Shown in pieces: positions 37,820-48,369 of a stretch of DNA of 64,000 bases. The notes under the pieces are model-generated. The model was not told where the DNA came from. It worked only from the letters and a program-made list of their open reading frames with translations, and made no database searches. A program made the translations under genes and the position numbers. This DNA is from Vulcanimicrobiota bacterium (GTDB lineage: Bacteria > Vulcanimicrobiota > Vulcanimicrobiia > Vulcanimicrobiales > Vulcanimicrobiaceae). The stretch covers positions 512,001 through 576,000 of the forward strand of contig CAVRQT010000003.1 of NCBI GenBank assembly GCA_963723515.1, given 5' to 3'. The first letter of the stretch is position 1. Each line of letters starts with the position of its first letter.

Positions 37820-38655
37820 CCGTGAAGCGCCAATAGCGCTTTTCTTTTGTCTCCTTCGATCGTTGGGCAGAAGAATTGGAGGCCGGATTGCGCGAGGATC
37901 GTTTTGCCCGCTCCGGATAGGATAAACCGCACGAATGCGGATGCCATGTCCTTGTTGGCTGCTCGATCGAGCACCGCAACGGCGTAGGCTGCGCCGGCGT
38001 TGGCGTTGCGCGGCAGTTCGAGCGAGGGAACATTGCGGCTTTGCGCCTCCACCGAATACAAGAAGGCAACATCGAGATCGCCGCTCTCCAAGCGAAGGAG
38101 CAAGTCCTCCTCGGGGAGCGGAGCCGCACTTTCGACCGCCGGCAGAAGCGCTGCATCGTGCGACGGGCGGCTAATTGCGGCAACATCCTGAAGCGTCCGC
38201 GCGCCCTTCGGATCGATCTGGGGATCCGTTCGTCCGATTCGGATGTGCGGCGTCTTCAGCAACGCCGCTACCGATAGTTCTCCTCGCGTTACCCTTTGAA
38301 TTGTTGATGCCAACGTCGACTTCTTCGAATAGCCGAGCACTAAGCGGCTACGGCCGAAGGTTGCGTACCATGAAATCAATGGTGCGCCGGTCGACGGACG
38401 AAGCAGTTGCTGCATCTGCGCGGGATCCGCACTGATGAATACATCGGGATGGCGCAAACCGGCCGCAATCAAGTGAACGAGTGCCTTGCTGCCGCGCCCT
38501 TCGCCGTAATAGGTGCATGCGCAAAGACGCGCAAAATGCGGTCCGACCGATCGCTCCATTGGAGTGACCAGCGAGCCGGCGTATGCGATGTTGAGGGAGT
38601 TTCCCGCGAGCGAGGAGTTCGCTCCAAGCAGCATCGCCAACAACAAGATACGCAT
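37816..38655 (-). CDS. WtpA/ModA-like oxyanion (molybdate/tungstate) ABC substrate-binding protein
   Basis: Signal peptide; YAGSL, GS..L, DVFISAD, GRTDP..DP.G.RT, LESG.LD.AF.Y. Confidence 0.8.
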   Translation of the reverse strand: MRILLLAMLLGANSSLAGNSLNIAYAGSLVTPMERSVGPHFARLCACTYYGEGRGSKALVHLIAAGLRHPDVFISADPAQMQQLLRPSTGAPLISWYATFGRSRLVLGYSKKSTLASTIQRVTRGELSVAALLKTPHIRIGRTDPQIDPKGARTLQDVAAISRPSHDAALLPAVESAAPLPEEDLLLRLESGDLDVAFLYSVEAQSRNVPSLELPRNANAGAAYAVAVLDRAANKDMASAFVRFILSGAGKTILAQSGLQFFCPTIEGDKRKALLALHG

Positions 38656-38741
38656 GGCTAGCCGTTTTTCAAGCTCGCCGTGCCTTCCCATTTCATGGCG
38701 TCACGCATGAAGCCGCGCCGCTCAGCGCGAAACGTCTTCTT

Positions 38742-39024
38742 GATGCAAGAGGATGGCAATGGATTGCGCCAAGCGCAAAGCACAAACGGCGTCTTTTCGT
38801 CGGAAACCTCGCGCCCTGATGGTGCCGATAACCAAGGTCACTTGACTCGTACACTGATATGGGTTGGCATCGCCGGACTCTCAGCCGCGCTCGCCTTTAC
38901 GGTGTTGCGTGCGCTGCTCAATCGACAGCCGGTCGATCCAACGAGCCGTCGCATTCAGCAGCTCATCGATGAGGCAAACCAACTCTTGCGCACGCTTGAC
39001 GAGCAGAAAAACACGATCCAGTAA
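38742..39024 (+). CDS. Small single-TM hypothetical protein
   Basis: One TM helix then DP..RRIQQLIDEANQLL coiled coil; start uncertain. Confidence 0.5.
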
Positions 39025-40375
39025 CGCTCCCGGCGAGCTCGGCCAAGAGATCGAGCTTCGCTTCGACGACTTGCTCTCAAATGGTCAGGCAGTCGGCCGC
39101 GCCGGTGGGATGGCGGTCTTCGTTTTTGGACCACTGCCATCCGAACGGGCAAAGATTCGGATCACGGCGGTTAAGCCGAAGTATGCGATCGGCGAAGTTG
39201 TTACGCTGCTGGAGACATCGCAGAGTCGAGCGGAGCCGTTTTGCCCGGTCTTCGGCATCTGCGGCGGCTGCCAGGTTCAGCATCTCCACTACGAAGCGCA
39301 GTTGGCGTGGAAGCGCAACGTTGTGCGAAGTGCTTTGCAGCGAATCGGCGGCATTAGCGAAGCTGACGTCAAGCCGGTTATCGGAACGGCTCACCCGCGC
39401 GAATATCGCAACAAGATGGCGCTCGTCGTCGACCATCCGAACCATGCGACCGGCTTCGGGTTTTACAAACAGCGCTCGCATGACGTCGTTCCGATCGATC
39501 GTTGTCCGATCGTGCAGCCCGCGCTAAACCGAACGATCGAGAATTTGATTGCGCTAAGGCGTGACCCGAAGACGAGCCCCGCATTTGAGACAGCAAAGCA
39601 CGTCGTGGCCAGAACTTCATTGGCGACCAAACAAAACGTCATCGCCCTCACGACCCGTCAACCGGCTGAAAGCTTGGAAGCGCTCTCGGAGACGCTCTAC
39701 AGACGGTTGCCGGCTACGGCCGGATTAATCGAGTCATTCGATCTTCCGAGCGAAAACGCGATTCTCGGCAGACGCAGCAAGAGCTTAGCGGGCAACGACT
39801 CGATCGAGGAGATAGTCGGCGGACTGCGCTTTAGGATTTCAACCCGCTCGTTCTTTCAAGTCAACGTCGAGATACTCGAGCGCATCTTTGAAGTGATCGC
39901 GCCGCTGGCCGAAAATGCGCGCAAGGTTTTCGATCTCTATTGTGGCAGTGGCGCGTTCGCGTTGTGGTTCGCGAAATTTGGCTGCGCCGTTTTTGGTATC
40001 GAAGAAAATGCAAGCGCGATAGAAGAAGCGCGCAAGAATGCGGGGCTTAACGATGTCGCTTCGCGCATTGAATTTCAGCGAGGGCGAGTCGAAGACGTGT
40101 TGGCGCAGCCAACGGTTAAAGAGCGGCTGCAGGCGGCTGATGCTGTCTTCCTCGACCCGCCACGTAAGGGGACCGATCCACGCGTGCTGGAGGCAATCGC
40201 TGCCGCTGGTGTCGGCTCCGTTTGGTATCTGTCATGCGACCCCGCGACGCTTGCCCGGGACTTGAAGTTGTTGCTACCTAAAGGATATCGGCTCGTGAGC
40301 GTGCAGCCGTTTGATATGTTTCCACAGACCGGTCACGTAGAAAGTTTGGCCGTCTTATCGCAGGTAAAGAAGTAG
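38996..40375 (+). CDS. rlmD: 23S rRNA (uracil-C5)-methyltransferase RlmD family
   Basis: TRAM domain, CPVFGICGGCQ Fe-S motif, FFQVN, DLYCGSG, DPPRKG, YLSCDPATLARD, DMFPQT.HVE; start uncertain. Confidence 0.92.
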   Translation: MTSRKTRSSNAPGELGQEIELRFDDLLSNGQAVGRAGGMAVFVFGPLPSERAKIRITAVKPKYAIGEVVTLLETSQSRAEPFCPVFGICGGCQVQHLHYEAQLAWKRNVVRSALQRIGGISEADVKPVIGTAHPREYRNKMALVVDHPNHATGFGFYKQRSHDVVPIDRCPIVQPALNRTIENLIALRRDPKTSPAFETAKHVVARTSLATKQNVIALTTRQPAESLEALSETLYRRLPATAGLIESFDLPSENAILGRRSKSLAGNDSIEEIVGGLRFRISTRSFFQVNVEILERIFEVIAPLAENARKVFDLYCGSGAFALWFAKFGCAVFGIEENASAIEEARKNAGLNDVASRIEFQRGRVEDVLAQPTVKERLQAADAVFLDPPRKGTDPRVLEAIAAAGVGSVWYLSCDPATLARDLKLLLPKGYRLVSVQPFDMFPQTGHVESLAVLSQVKK

Positions 40376-40672
40376 ATGCAATCCGAGGCGATTGACGTTC
40401 GTTACGTCGCAAAGCTGGCCCGCATTGCGCTCACCGATGACGAGGTCGAGCGCTTTGAAAGGGAGCTTGGCGACTTGCTCGCTCACGTGCGCGCGATCTC
40501 GGAGCTCGAAACTGACAAGATTGCGGCGACTGCGCAAGTCGTCGTGCAACGCAACGTCGAGCGCGAAGACACGATCGCGCCGTCCCTGGATCGTAGCGAG
40601 ACCCTTGCGATGGCGCCGGAAGCCGATGGCGTCTACTTCCGCGTGCCGCGTATCATCGCGGAAGAGGTCTGA
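40376..40672 (+). CDS. gatC: Asp/Glu-tRNA amidotransferase subunit C
   Basis: VRYVAKLARI..REDT..AP....YFRVPRI. Confidence 0.93.
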   Translation: MQSEAIDVRYVAKLARIALTDDEVERFERELGDLLAHVRAISELETDKIAATAQVVVQRNVEREDTIAPSLDRSETLAMAPEADGVYFRVPRIIAEEV

Positions 40673-42153
40673 TGGCGACAAGCCTGCAGTGGAACGCTGC
40701 CGCCATGGCGCGTGCGGTCAATGCACGCGAGATTTCTGCACGCGAGTTGACGGAAGCCACGTTACGTCACGTCGAGCGGACCGATTCGCATGTCGGCGCC
40801 TACCTGACACGTCTCGATCGAATGGCGTTGGAGATCGCAGATGACGTCGATCGCCGCATCGGCGACGGGTCACAGATGCCGCTTGCCGGCGTTCCACTGG
40901 CCGTCAAAGACAACATGTGCCTGAGGAAGACACGAACGACCGCTGGCTCCAAGATCCTCGGAGAGTGGATAGCGCCCTATACGGCGACTGCTGTCCAGCG
41001 AATGCTCGATGCCGGCGCGATTCCGATCGGCAAAACAAACCTCGACGAGTTCGCGATGGGCAGCTCTTGCGAGAACAGCGGTCTGGGCGTTACGCGCAAT
41101 CCGCTGGATCTGCAACGCGTGCCGGGTGGCTCCAGCGGGGGAAGTGCCGCCGCAGTTGCCTCTTTTCAAGCGGCTATTGGGCTGGGAAGCGACACCGGCG
41201 GATCGATTCGCGAACCCGGCGCCTTCTGCGGCATCGTCGGCTTCAAGCCGACGTACGGCCGCGTATCCCGCTACGGTCTGATCGCCTTTGCGTCGAGCCT
41301 CGATCAAATTGGTCCGCTGACGCGTACGGTTGAAGACACGGCGCTTGCGTACGACGTCATGGCCGGATGGGATACGATGGATTCCACGAGCGTCAATCGG
41401 CCGGTTGAACCGACAGCCGATGCGCTCGGTGAAGATCTTCGCAATGTGCGAATCGGCATCGTCAAAGAATTTCCAACCGCGCCGCTCGGCTCGGATATCG
41501 ATGCGCTCTATCAGCAAGCATATCGCGATCTTGAAGCGCTGGGCGCGAAGCTTGTTGAGGTGTCGCTGCCGACAGCCGACTATGGCGTCGCCACCTACTA
41601 TCTGATTGCGCCGGCGGAGTGTTCCGCCAACCTTGCGCGTTTCGACGGCGTGCGGTATGGATTGCGTGTTTCAGGCGATGACGTTGGAGAGATGTACGAA
41701 GCCACGCGTGCCGCGGGATTCGGACCCGAAGTGAAGCGGCGCGTACTCATCGGCACGTACGCGCTTTCCAGCGGATACTACGATGCCTACTATCTCAAGG
41801 CGCAGAAGGTGCGCACGCTGATCGCGGCCGATTTCGAGCGCGCGTTCGAGCGTTGCGATGCGATCGCATGCCCCGCTGCGTCGTCGCCGGCGTTCGTCTT
41901 CAACGCCAAGAGCGACCCGTACAGCATGTACTTGATGGACTACTACACGATTCCGATGGCGCTCGCCGGATTGCCCGCGCTCTCCGTTCCTTGTGGCACG
42001 GTGCGAGTCGAGGGCGCACCCAACGCGCTGCCGATGGGTTTGCAGCTCTGCACGCCGCTTTTTCAGGAGCGGCGATTGCTCGCTGCAGCGCATGCTTACG
42101 AACGCGCGACGCGCCACGCGCAAGCCCACGTTTTGGCCGCAGAATTGCAATAG
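40672..42153 (+). CDS. gatA: Asp/Glu-tRNA amidotransferase subunit A
   Basis: KDN, GKTNLDEFAMGSS, GGSSGGSAAAV, GSDTGGSIR, EVKRR..GTY.LS.GYYDAYY. Confidence 0.97.
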   Translation: MATSLQWNAAAMARAVNAREISARELTEATLRHVERTDSHVGAYLTRLDRMALEIADDVDRRIGDGSQMPLAGVPLAVKDNMCLRKTRTTAGSKILGEWIAPYTATAVQRMLDAGAIPIGKTNLDEFAMGSSCENSGLGVTRNPLDLQRVPGGSSGGSAAAVASFQAAIGLGSDTGGSIREPGAFCGIVGFKPTYGRVSRYGLIAFASSLDQIGPLTRTVEDTALAYDVMAGWDTMDSTSVNRPVEPTADALGEDLRNVRIGIVKEFPTAPLGSDIDALYQQAYRDLEALGAKLVEVSLPTADYGVATYYLIAPAECSANLARFDGVRYGLRVSGDDVGEMYEATRAAGFGPEVKRRVLIGTYALSSGYYDAYYLKAQKVRTLIAADFERAFERCDAIACPAASSPAFVFNAKSDPYSMYLMDYYTIPMALAGLPALSVPCGTVRVEGAPNALPMGLQLCTPLFQERRLLAAAHAYERATRHAQAHVLAAELQ

Positions 42154-43643
42154 TGGCAACCGTTAAAGCCGCAGAACGGCCGGTCGAGCGCGCCAACCAC
42201 GAGACGGTCATTGGGATCGAATGCCACGTCGAGCTTCGCACCGCGAGCAAGATGTTTTGTGCTTGCCCAAATGAGTTCGGCGGCGAACCCAACACGCGGA
42301 TTTGTCCGGTCTGCTTAGCACTGCCGGGCGCCTTGCCGGTAGCGAACAAAGAAGCGATCTTGCACATGCTGCGCGCAGGGCTTGCTTTCGGCGCGCAAAT
42401 TCCGCCGTTTTCGAAGTTCGATCGCAAGAACTACTTCTATCCCGATATGCCCAAGAATTATCAGATTTCGCAGTTCGACATGCCGTTAACGATCGGCGGC
42501 TCCGTTCGCTATTGGATGGATGACGGGACGATGAAAGAATGCCATTTGACGCGCATCCATTTAGAGGAAGATACCGGCAAGTCGATTCACGCCGGCACCG
42601 GCGACGGGCGAATCGCCGGCAGTTCGCACTCGTTGGTTGATTTCAACCGCGCCGGCGTGCCGCTGATGGAGTGCGTCTCAGAACCGGATCTGCGTAGCGC
42701 CGAGGAAGCGGTTGCATACCTGAATGCGTTGAAACGAACGTTCGTGCAACTGGGCGTCAGCGACGTCAAAATGGAGGAAGGCTCGCTACGCTGCGATGCC
42801 AATGTTTCCGTGCGACCCGCCGGCACAACGCAGCTCGGGACTAAGACCGAGATCAAGAACATGAACTCTTTTCGCTCGGTCTTTCACGCGATTCAAAGCG
42901 AGATCGAACGGCAAGTTACGACGCTTGCGTCGGGCGGCCGCATCGTTCAAGAGACCCGCGGATGGGACGAGTACAGCGGCACGACGCATGCAATGCGCAG
43001 CAAAGAGCAAGCGCACGATTACCGGTACTTTCCGGATCCGGATCTGGTTCCGATCGAGATTGATGTGAATGCGGTCAACTCGATTCGCCAAGCTTTGCCC
43101 GAGCTGCCCGCCGCGCGTTTCGAACGCTACGGTGAGACATTCGGCCTGACGGTTGCTCAAGCGACGCAATTGATTGATAACCTGTCGCTGGCGGAGTATT
43201 TTGAAGAGTGCGTCGAGCGCAGCGGAAACGCGAAGCAGAGCATTAACCTTGTCCTCGGCGACCTCTCGCGCTTGGCGAATGAAACCGGTACGGCGGTGCA
43301 TGTCTCACCCGTCACGCCGCAGGAAGTCGCGGAGTTGATCGCGCTCGTCGAGCAGGGAACGATCAATTCGAAAATTGCTAAAGAGCTGGTCGAACGAATG
43401 TGGCGAGGCGAAGGCAGCCCGAAGGCGATCGTCGAGCGCGAGGGCTTGGCGCAAACCAGCGATACCGGCGCGATTGAAAAATTCATCGCCGACGTCCTCG
43501 CCGAGAACGAAAAGTCGGTGGCCGATTATCGGTCCGGAAAGACAAACATCTTCGGCTTTCTCGTCGGCCAAGTGATGCGCGCGAGCCGTGGCAAAGCGAA
43601 CCCGCAAATCGTTCAGGAGCTTCTGAAACAGCGGCTTGACTGA
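42153..43643 (+). CDS. gatB: Asp/Glu-tRNA amidotransferase subunit B
   Basis: IGIECHVEL, RKNYFYPD.PK.YQISQ, HLEED.GK, LRCDANVS, DYRYFPDPDL; GTG overlaps the gatA stop. Confidence 0.97.
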   Translation: MATVKAAERPVERANHETVIGIECHVELRTASKMFCACPNEFGGEPNTRICPVCLALPGALPVANKEAILHMLRAGLAFGAQIPPFSKFDRKNYFYPDMPKNYQISQFDMPLTIGGSVRYWMDDGTMKECHLTRIHLEEDTGKSIHAGTGDGRIAGSSHSLVDFNRAGVPLMECVSEPDLRSAEEAVAYLNALKRTFVQLGVSDVKMEEGSLRCDANVSVRPAGTTQLGTKTEIKNMNSFRSVFHAIQSEIERQVTTLASGGRIVQETRGWDEYSGTTHAMRSKEQAHDYRYFPDPDLVPIEIDVNAVNSIRQALPELPAARFERYGETFGLTVAQATQLIDNLSLAEYFEECVERSGNAKQSINLVLGDLSRLANETGTAVHVSPVTPQEVAELIALVEQGTINSKIAKELVERMWRGEGSPKAIVEREGLAQTSDTGAIEKFIADVLAENEKSVADYRSGKTNIFGFLVGQVMRASRGKANPQIVQELLKQRLD

Positions 43644-45984
43644 CGAATCGCTCGCGATACTGGGCGATCGGCGGACGCTTGAAACGCTCGATTTTGCGAC
43701 GATCCGCGATCGCGTGGTCGCGCTCACCGCGACCGAGCGGGGGCAGGCTTACGCGCAGGCGATGCTGCCCTTCGTCGATTTCGAGCGGGTCAAGGAAGAC
43801 CAAGAAGCGACGCAGGCGCTCCTCAACCTCATCGCGTCGGATGATCTGCATATTTCGCGCGCCGCCGATACGAAAAACGCGACAAGCGCTGCCGCGCGCG
43901 GCTCGGTGCTCTCTGCAATGGACTTGCGAACGGTAGGCGACGCTCTCGCAGCGGCGGCAGCGGCGTACAACAAAGCCCGAAGCTTGGAACAGAGCGCGAT
44001 TAAACGCTTGACCGATGGCTATTCCTCGTTGCGCGAACTTATGCAGAGCGTCACGCAGGCAATCGACGAGCGCGGAAATGTTCTGGATTCTGCATCACCG
44101 TCGCTGAGGCGAATTCGCCGCGCGCTCGCGGCCGCTCAACAGGATGCGCGCGACCGAGTTTTGGCGCTCGTCAAGTCGACGCAGTATTCGCGCGCGCTTC
44201 AAGATACGGTCGTCACGATCCGTGACGGCCGCTTCGTCGTTCCGATCAAGGCGGAGTTCAGCGGGGCGGTTCGCGGCATCGTTCACGATACGAGCTCGAG
44301 CGGCCAAACGGTCTTCGTTGAGCCGTTGGAAGCGCTTGAGATCAACAACCGCGTGCGAACCCTTCGCTCGGACGAGGAACGCGAGGTTGAGCGGATATTA
44401 GGCGAGCTATCGCAACGCGTCGCCGACGTTTCACCGCAGATTGAAGCCAACATCGAGATGCTGGCACAGCTCGACTTGCTAGCCGCCAAAGCGATATTCT
44501 GCGTGCGAATCAACGGCGTGATTCCATCGTTGGTTGACGACGCGATTATCGACATTCGCCAAGGAAGGCATCCGCTGCTGAGCGCTCGCGCCGTGCCGCA
44601 GACAATTACGTTCGGTGAATCGGCAAACATCGTCGTGATCAGCGGTCCCAATATGGGAGGAAAGACGGTTGCGCTTAAGATGGTTGGGCTCTTCGCGATG
44701 ATGGCATATTGCGGTTTAGGACTCCCAGCGCAAGAGGGAACACGCATCGGCCGTTTTACGCGGATTTTCGCGGACATCGGTGACGAACAGTCGATTGTGG
44801 AAAACGCCTCGACGTTCTCAGCGCACTTGGCCCGGATCAGAGAGATCGTAGAAAGAGCTGGATCGCGCTGCGTGGTGTTAATTGACGAGATCGGCGGCGG
44901 GACGGAACCGGCCGCCGGAGCGGCGCTGGCGATCGCGATCCTCGAACGCCTTGTTGCAGCGGGCGCACGTGGTGTGGTGACGACGCATTCGACCGAAGTA
45001 AAATTGTTTGCGCAATCTGCGCCCGGCGTTGTCAATGCCAACGTCCGGTTCGATCCGCAGACGTTTTCGCCGACATACGAATTGGATATCGGCGCGCCAG
45101 GTCAATCGCTGGCCTTTCCGCTCGCCAGAGCGATGCAGATTCCGAGTGATTTAATTCAGCGCGCGGAAGAGTTGCTTAGCGATCGTGAACGGGATTACGA
45201 ACGCGCGCTCGCGCAGCTTTCCGAGGCGCATGGCGATTTGGCAAACGAGCAGCGGCGCCTTGCGCAGGAGCGCAGTCGCCTCGGCGCCGCGCGTGAGGAG
45301 CTTGAGCGGCAGACGGTATCGCTCAAAGAAGAGCAGTCGGCCTTTGCCGATCGAGCCGCCGAGCGCCTACGCAAAGCGTTGGTGGACTTTTCGACGGAAT
45401 TGCAACGCCGCGCGGACGCGAGGGCTGCGCCGAAGATCACGGCATCTCAAAGTGCGCTGCTCTCGCGCGTCTTAGAAGAGTTGCACGGCGAGCTCGGCGT
45501 CTCGCCGCAGAGTGCCGAAGAGCCGGCGTCGGGCGAATTTGAAGCCGGGCAACTCGTTCGCGTGCTCTCGCTGAATCAGGACGCCGAGGTCTTGGCGGAT
45601 GGGGGCGATCATCTGTTGATCGCGATCGGGCCGATGCGAACGACGGTGTCAAAAAACGACGTTCGTCGGATTGGCGAAATGCGCAAACGAGCCCGGCTTG
45701 ATGCGGTGGCGGGCGATGCTGCGCTCGGCGCAGCAAGCGCCGTTACGACGGAGCTTGACGTGCGCGGCAAGCGTTACGTCGACGCCGAGCCGGTCGTCGA
45801 GCGCTGGATCGATGAGGCGGTCTTGGCCGGACATTCACCCTTGCGATTAATCCATGGGAAAGGAACCGGTTTGCTAGGACGCGGTCTGCAGCAGTATCTG
45901 CGCGAGCATGCAGCGGTCAAGAGCGTGCGATACGGCAACGAAAATGAGGGAGGCAGCGGCGTAACGGTCTTTGAACTGCGCTAG
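43636..45984 (+). CDS. mutS2: Endonuclease MutS2
   Basis: HDTSSSGQT.F.EP, GPNMGGKT, STFSAH, DEIG.GTEP, C-terminal Smr domain IHGKGTG.L. Confidence 0.95.
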   Translation: MTDESLAILGDRRTLETLDFATIRDRVVALTATERGQAYAQAMLPFVDFERVKEDQEATQALLNLIASDDLHISRAADTKNATSAAARGSVLSAMDLRTVGDALAAAAAAYNKARSLEQSAIKRLTDGYSSLRELMQSVTQAIDERGNVLDSASPSLRRIRRALAAAQQDARDRVLALVKSTQYSRALQDTVVTIRDGRFVVPIKAEFSGAVRGIVHDTSSSGQTVFVEPLEALEINNRVRTLRSDEEREVERILGELSQRVADVSPQIEANIEMLAQLDLLAAKAIFCVRINGVIPSLVDDAIIDIRQGRHPLLSARAVPQTITFGESANIVVISGPNMGGKTVALKMVGLFAMMAYCGLGLPAQEGTRIGRFTRIFADIGDEQSIVENASTFSAHLARIREIVERAGSRCVVLIDEIGGGTEPAAGAALAIAILERLVAAGARGVVTTHSTEVKLFAQSAPGVVNANVRFDPQTFSPTYELDIGAPGQSLAFPLARAMQIPSDLIQRAEELLSDRERDYERALAQLSEAHGDLANEQRRLAQERSRLGAAREELERQTVSLKEEQSAFADRAAERLRKALVDFSTELQRRADARAAPKITASQSALLSRVLEELHGELGVSPQSAEEPASGEFEAGQLVRVLSLNQDAEVLADGGDHLLIAIGPMRTTVSKNDVRRIGEMRKRARLDAVAGDAALGAASAVTTELDVRGKRYVDAEPVVERWIDEAVLAGHSPLRLIHGKGTGLLGRGLQQYLREHAAVKSVRYGNENEGGSGVTVFELR

Positions 45985-45988
45985 CGCC

Positions 45989-47173
45989 GTGAACCGAGAA
46001 ACGCTCGTCGACGGATGCGACCATGTTGAGTCCGTCGCGGAGCTCGATGCGCTCTTAGGCGAGAAGCGACCGCTGCGCGTCAAACTTGGGCTCGATCCGA
46101 CAACATCGGATCTCCATTTGGGTCATGCCGTGGTGTTGCACAAGTTGCAGCAGTTCGTCGAGGGCGGACACCATGTGACGCTGATCATCGGCGATTTTAC
46201 GGGCCGCATCGGTGATCCCTCGGGACGCAACGAGATGCGTCCGCCGCTGAGCGAAGAGCAAATTCGTGCGAATATGAGGACGTATGCCGATCAGGCCGGC
46301 AAAATTCTCGACATGGAACGCGTTGCCGTGCGTTACAACTCGGAGTGGCTGGCGAACCTCTCCCTTGGGGACATGATTCGCCTGCTCTCTCAAGTGACGG
46401 TGGCGCGAATGCTCGATCGAAATGACTTCTCGCAACGCTATCACTCCAATGAGCCGATCGCGTTGCACGAATTTTTGTATCCGATCGCGCAGGCGTACGA
46501 TAGTATCGCGATCGATGCGGAAATCGAGCTCGGCGGAAACGACCAGCTCTTTAACTTGCTGATGGGACGTCAGTATCAAGCACAGGCCGGGCAGCGCGAG
46601 CAAGTCTGCATGACGCTGCCGCTGCTCGAAGGCCTCGACGGACGGAAGAAAATGTCAAAAACTTCCGCCAACTTCGTAGGAATCGCTGAAGACGCGCGCA
46701 CGCAATTCGGCAAGCTCATGCGCATTCCTGACGAGTTGATTCCGCGCTATGCGCGCCTGGCGGCGTTTCAATCGGAAGCCAATTCGCTGCAGTTGGCGGC
46801 GGCGCTGGGAAGCGGCTCTGCCCATCCAATGGATGAGAAGAAGAAGCTCGCGCAGGAGATCGTGACGCGCTACCACGGCGCCGAGGAAGCGAGACGGGCG
46901 CGTGAATACTTCGAGCAAACGGTGCAGCGGCGCGAGCTGCCCACCGATGACGTACCTGAAATCACCGTCGGCGATGCTCGCCACCTCTCAGACGTGCTCG
47001 TTGCCGCGCGTCTCGCGCAATCGAAGCGTGAAGCAGAGCGCTTAATCGCGGGCAATGGCGTCAAAGTTGACGGCGTCGTCATTACCGATCGACGCGCGAC
47101 CTGGACGCATACGGTTCCCGCGACCGTATCCGTCGGCGCGCGGCGGTTTGTCCGCGTCCTGCCGAATCGGTGA
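45989..47173 (+). CDS. tyrS: Tyrosine--tRNA ligase
   Basis: KLGLDPT..LHLGH, QAYDS, GG.DQ.FN, KMSKT, C-terminal S4 domain. Confidence 0.96.
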   Translation: MNRETLVDGCDHVESVAELDALLGEKRPLRVKLGLDPTTSDLHLGHAVVLHKLQQFVEGGHHVTLIIGDFTGRIGDPSGRNEMRPPLSEEQIRANMRTYADQAGKILDMERVAVRYNSEWLANLSLGDMIRLLSQVTVARMLDRNDFSQRYHSNEPIALHEFLYPIAQAYDSIAIDAEIELGGNDQLFNLLMGRQYQAQAGQREQVCMTLPLLEGLDGRKKMSKTSANFVGIAEDARTQFGKLMRIPDELIPRYARLAAFQSEANSLQLAAALGSGSAHPMDEKKKLAQEIVTRYHGAEEARRAREYFEQTVQRRELPTDDVPEITVGDARHLSDVLVAARLAQSKREAERLIAGNGVKVDGVVITDRRATWTHTVPATVSVGARRFVRVLPNR

Positions 47174-47409
47174 GCGCGGTGAAGGCGGATGCTACCGGCG
47201 CTTCAAAAGACGGCGGCGTGGCGCAAACGTATTCGTCGTTACCGCCGATCGAAGGCCGAAAGTTCGTTTGCAAGCGGTGCGGGCGTGTTTACGCCTACCC
47301 TGAGCCCAGCGGCGTGCCGATTCGGTGCGAATGCGGATGGTGGTATTGGAACGACCACGGGAAGATCAAGGAAGCCTTCCGGCAGCGGATCGATCCGCCG
47401 CCATCCTAG
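47170..47409 (+). CDS. Small putative zinc-ribbon protein
   Basis: CKRC..CEC; GTGA overlap with the tyrS stop. Confidence 0.5.
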   Translation: MSAVKADATGASKDGGVAQTYSSLPPIEGRKFVCKRCGRVYAYPEPSGVPIRCECGWWYWNDHGKIKEAFRQRIDPPPS

Positions 47410-48314
47410 TGGCGCTCTTGAGTCCGAGCTTCTTTTAAGCGCTGTACCAACGATTCGACTTCGCGCGAATCGAGCACGTACGTCTTCTTGCAGAATTCAC
47501 ACGTTGCTTCGGTCTGCGGACGCTCGGCCGCCATTTTGCGCAGCTCGTCTTGACCCAATCCAAGCAGCGCAAGACGAACCTTTTCGCGCGTGCAACGGCA
47601 AGCAAAGCGCACTTCAAGCGTATGCCAATTATGCAATGAGATTTCGCCCGCCATGGCACCGATCAAGTCGCGCGCAGTTGCACCTTCAGCAATCTGCTGT
47701 GTGACCGGGCGCATGGCAAGCGCGCGCTTTTCAAGGTAGGAGATGGCGCGTTCGTCCGCGTCAGGCAACGCTTGTGCGAGCACCCCGCCCGCCGCAGCGA
47801 TTCCATCCGGCTTGGCAAGCACGCCGAGCGCGACCGCCGAGGGGATCTGTTCTGATTTGAGGAGATACGCCGCTAAGTCGTCGCCGATTTCGCCGGTCGC
47901 AAGCGGCACGACGCCAACGTAGGGTTGGCCGACTTCGAACGACTTGGTAACTTGCAGCGAGCCGGCGCCGACGGCGGCGGCAACGTCGAACTTTCCACGC
48001 GCGTTCAGCGGGACGTCGGCATGCGGCCGCTTCGCGTAGCCGCGTACGCCGGCCGCGCCGTCGCGTTGGCGCATGACGTCGGCGACGATGCTCTGCAACG
48101 GCCCGGTACCGACGATCTGGAGCGAGAGGCGCTCTCTACCCTTGAGGCTCGTTCCCAAGAGCGCCGCGCCGGTCATCAGGCGGCCAACCGCGGCGCTCGC
48201 AGTCGGCGAAAGTTGGTGGCGCTGCTGCGTTTCGGCGACAAGATCCGTCGTCGTGGCCGCGACGATCGCGATGCCGACCTCGGGCGCCGACGCGGAGACG
48301 ATTTGGTCCGGCAT
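47406..48314 (-). CDS. hslO: Redox-regulated chaperone Hsp33
   Basis: H.LSPTA.AA.GR, YL..SEQIPS, CRC..CEFC zinc motif. Confidence 0.95.
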   Translation of the reverse strand: MPDQIVSASAPEVGIAIVAATTTDLVAETQQRHQLSPTASAAVGRLMTGAALLGTSLKGRERLSLQIVGTGPLQSIVADVMRQRDGAAGVRGYAKRPHADVPLNARGKFDVAAAVGAGSLQVTKSFEVGQPYVGVVPLATGEIGDDLAAYLLKSEQIPSAVALGVLAKPDGIAAAGGVLAQALPDADERAISYLEKRALAMRPVTQQIAEGATARDLIGAMAGEISLHNWHTLEVRFACRCTREKVRLALLGLGQDELRKMAAERPQTEATCEFCKKTYVLDSREVESLVQRLKEARTQERH

Positions 48315-48369
48315 CGCGCTGGCAGTTTCCGAGGTCGGCCTCTTTTCCTGCCCGAATGCGGGGCGCGAC

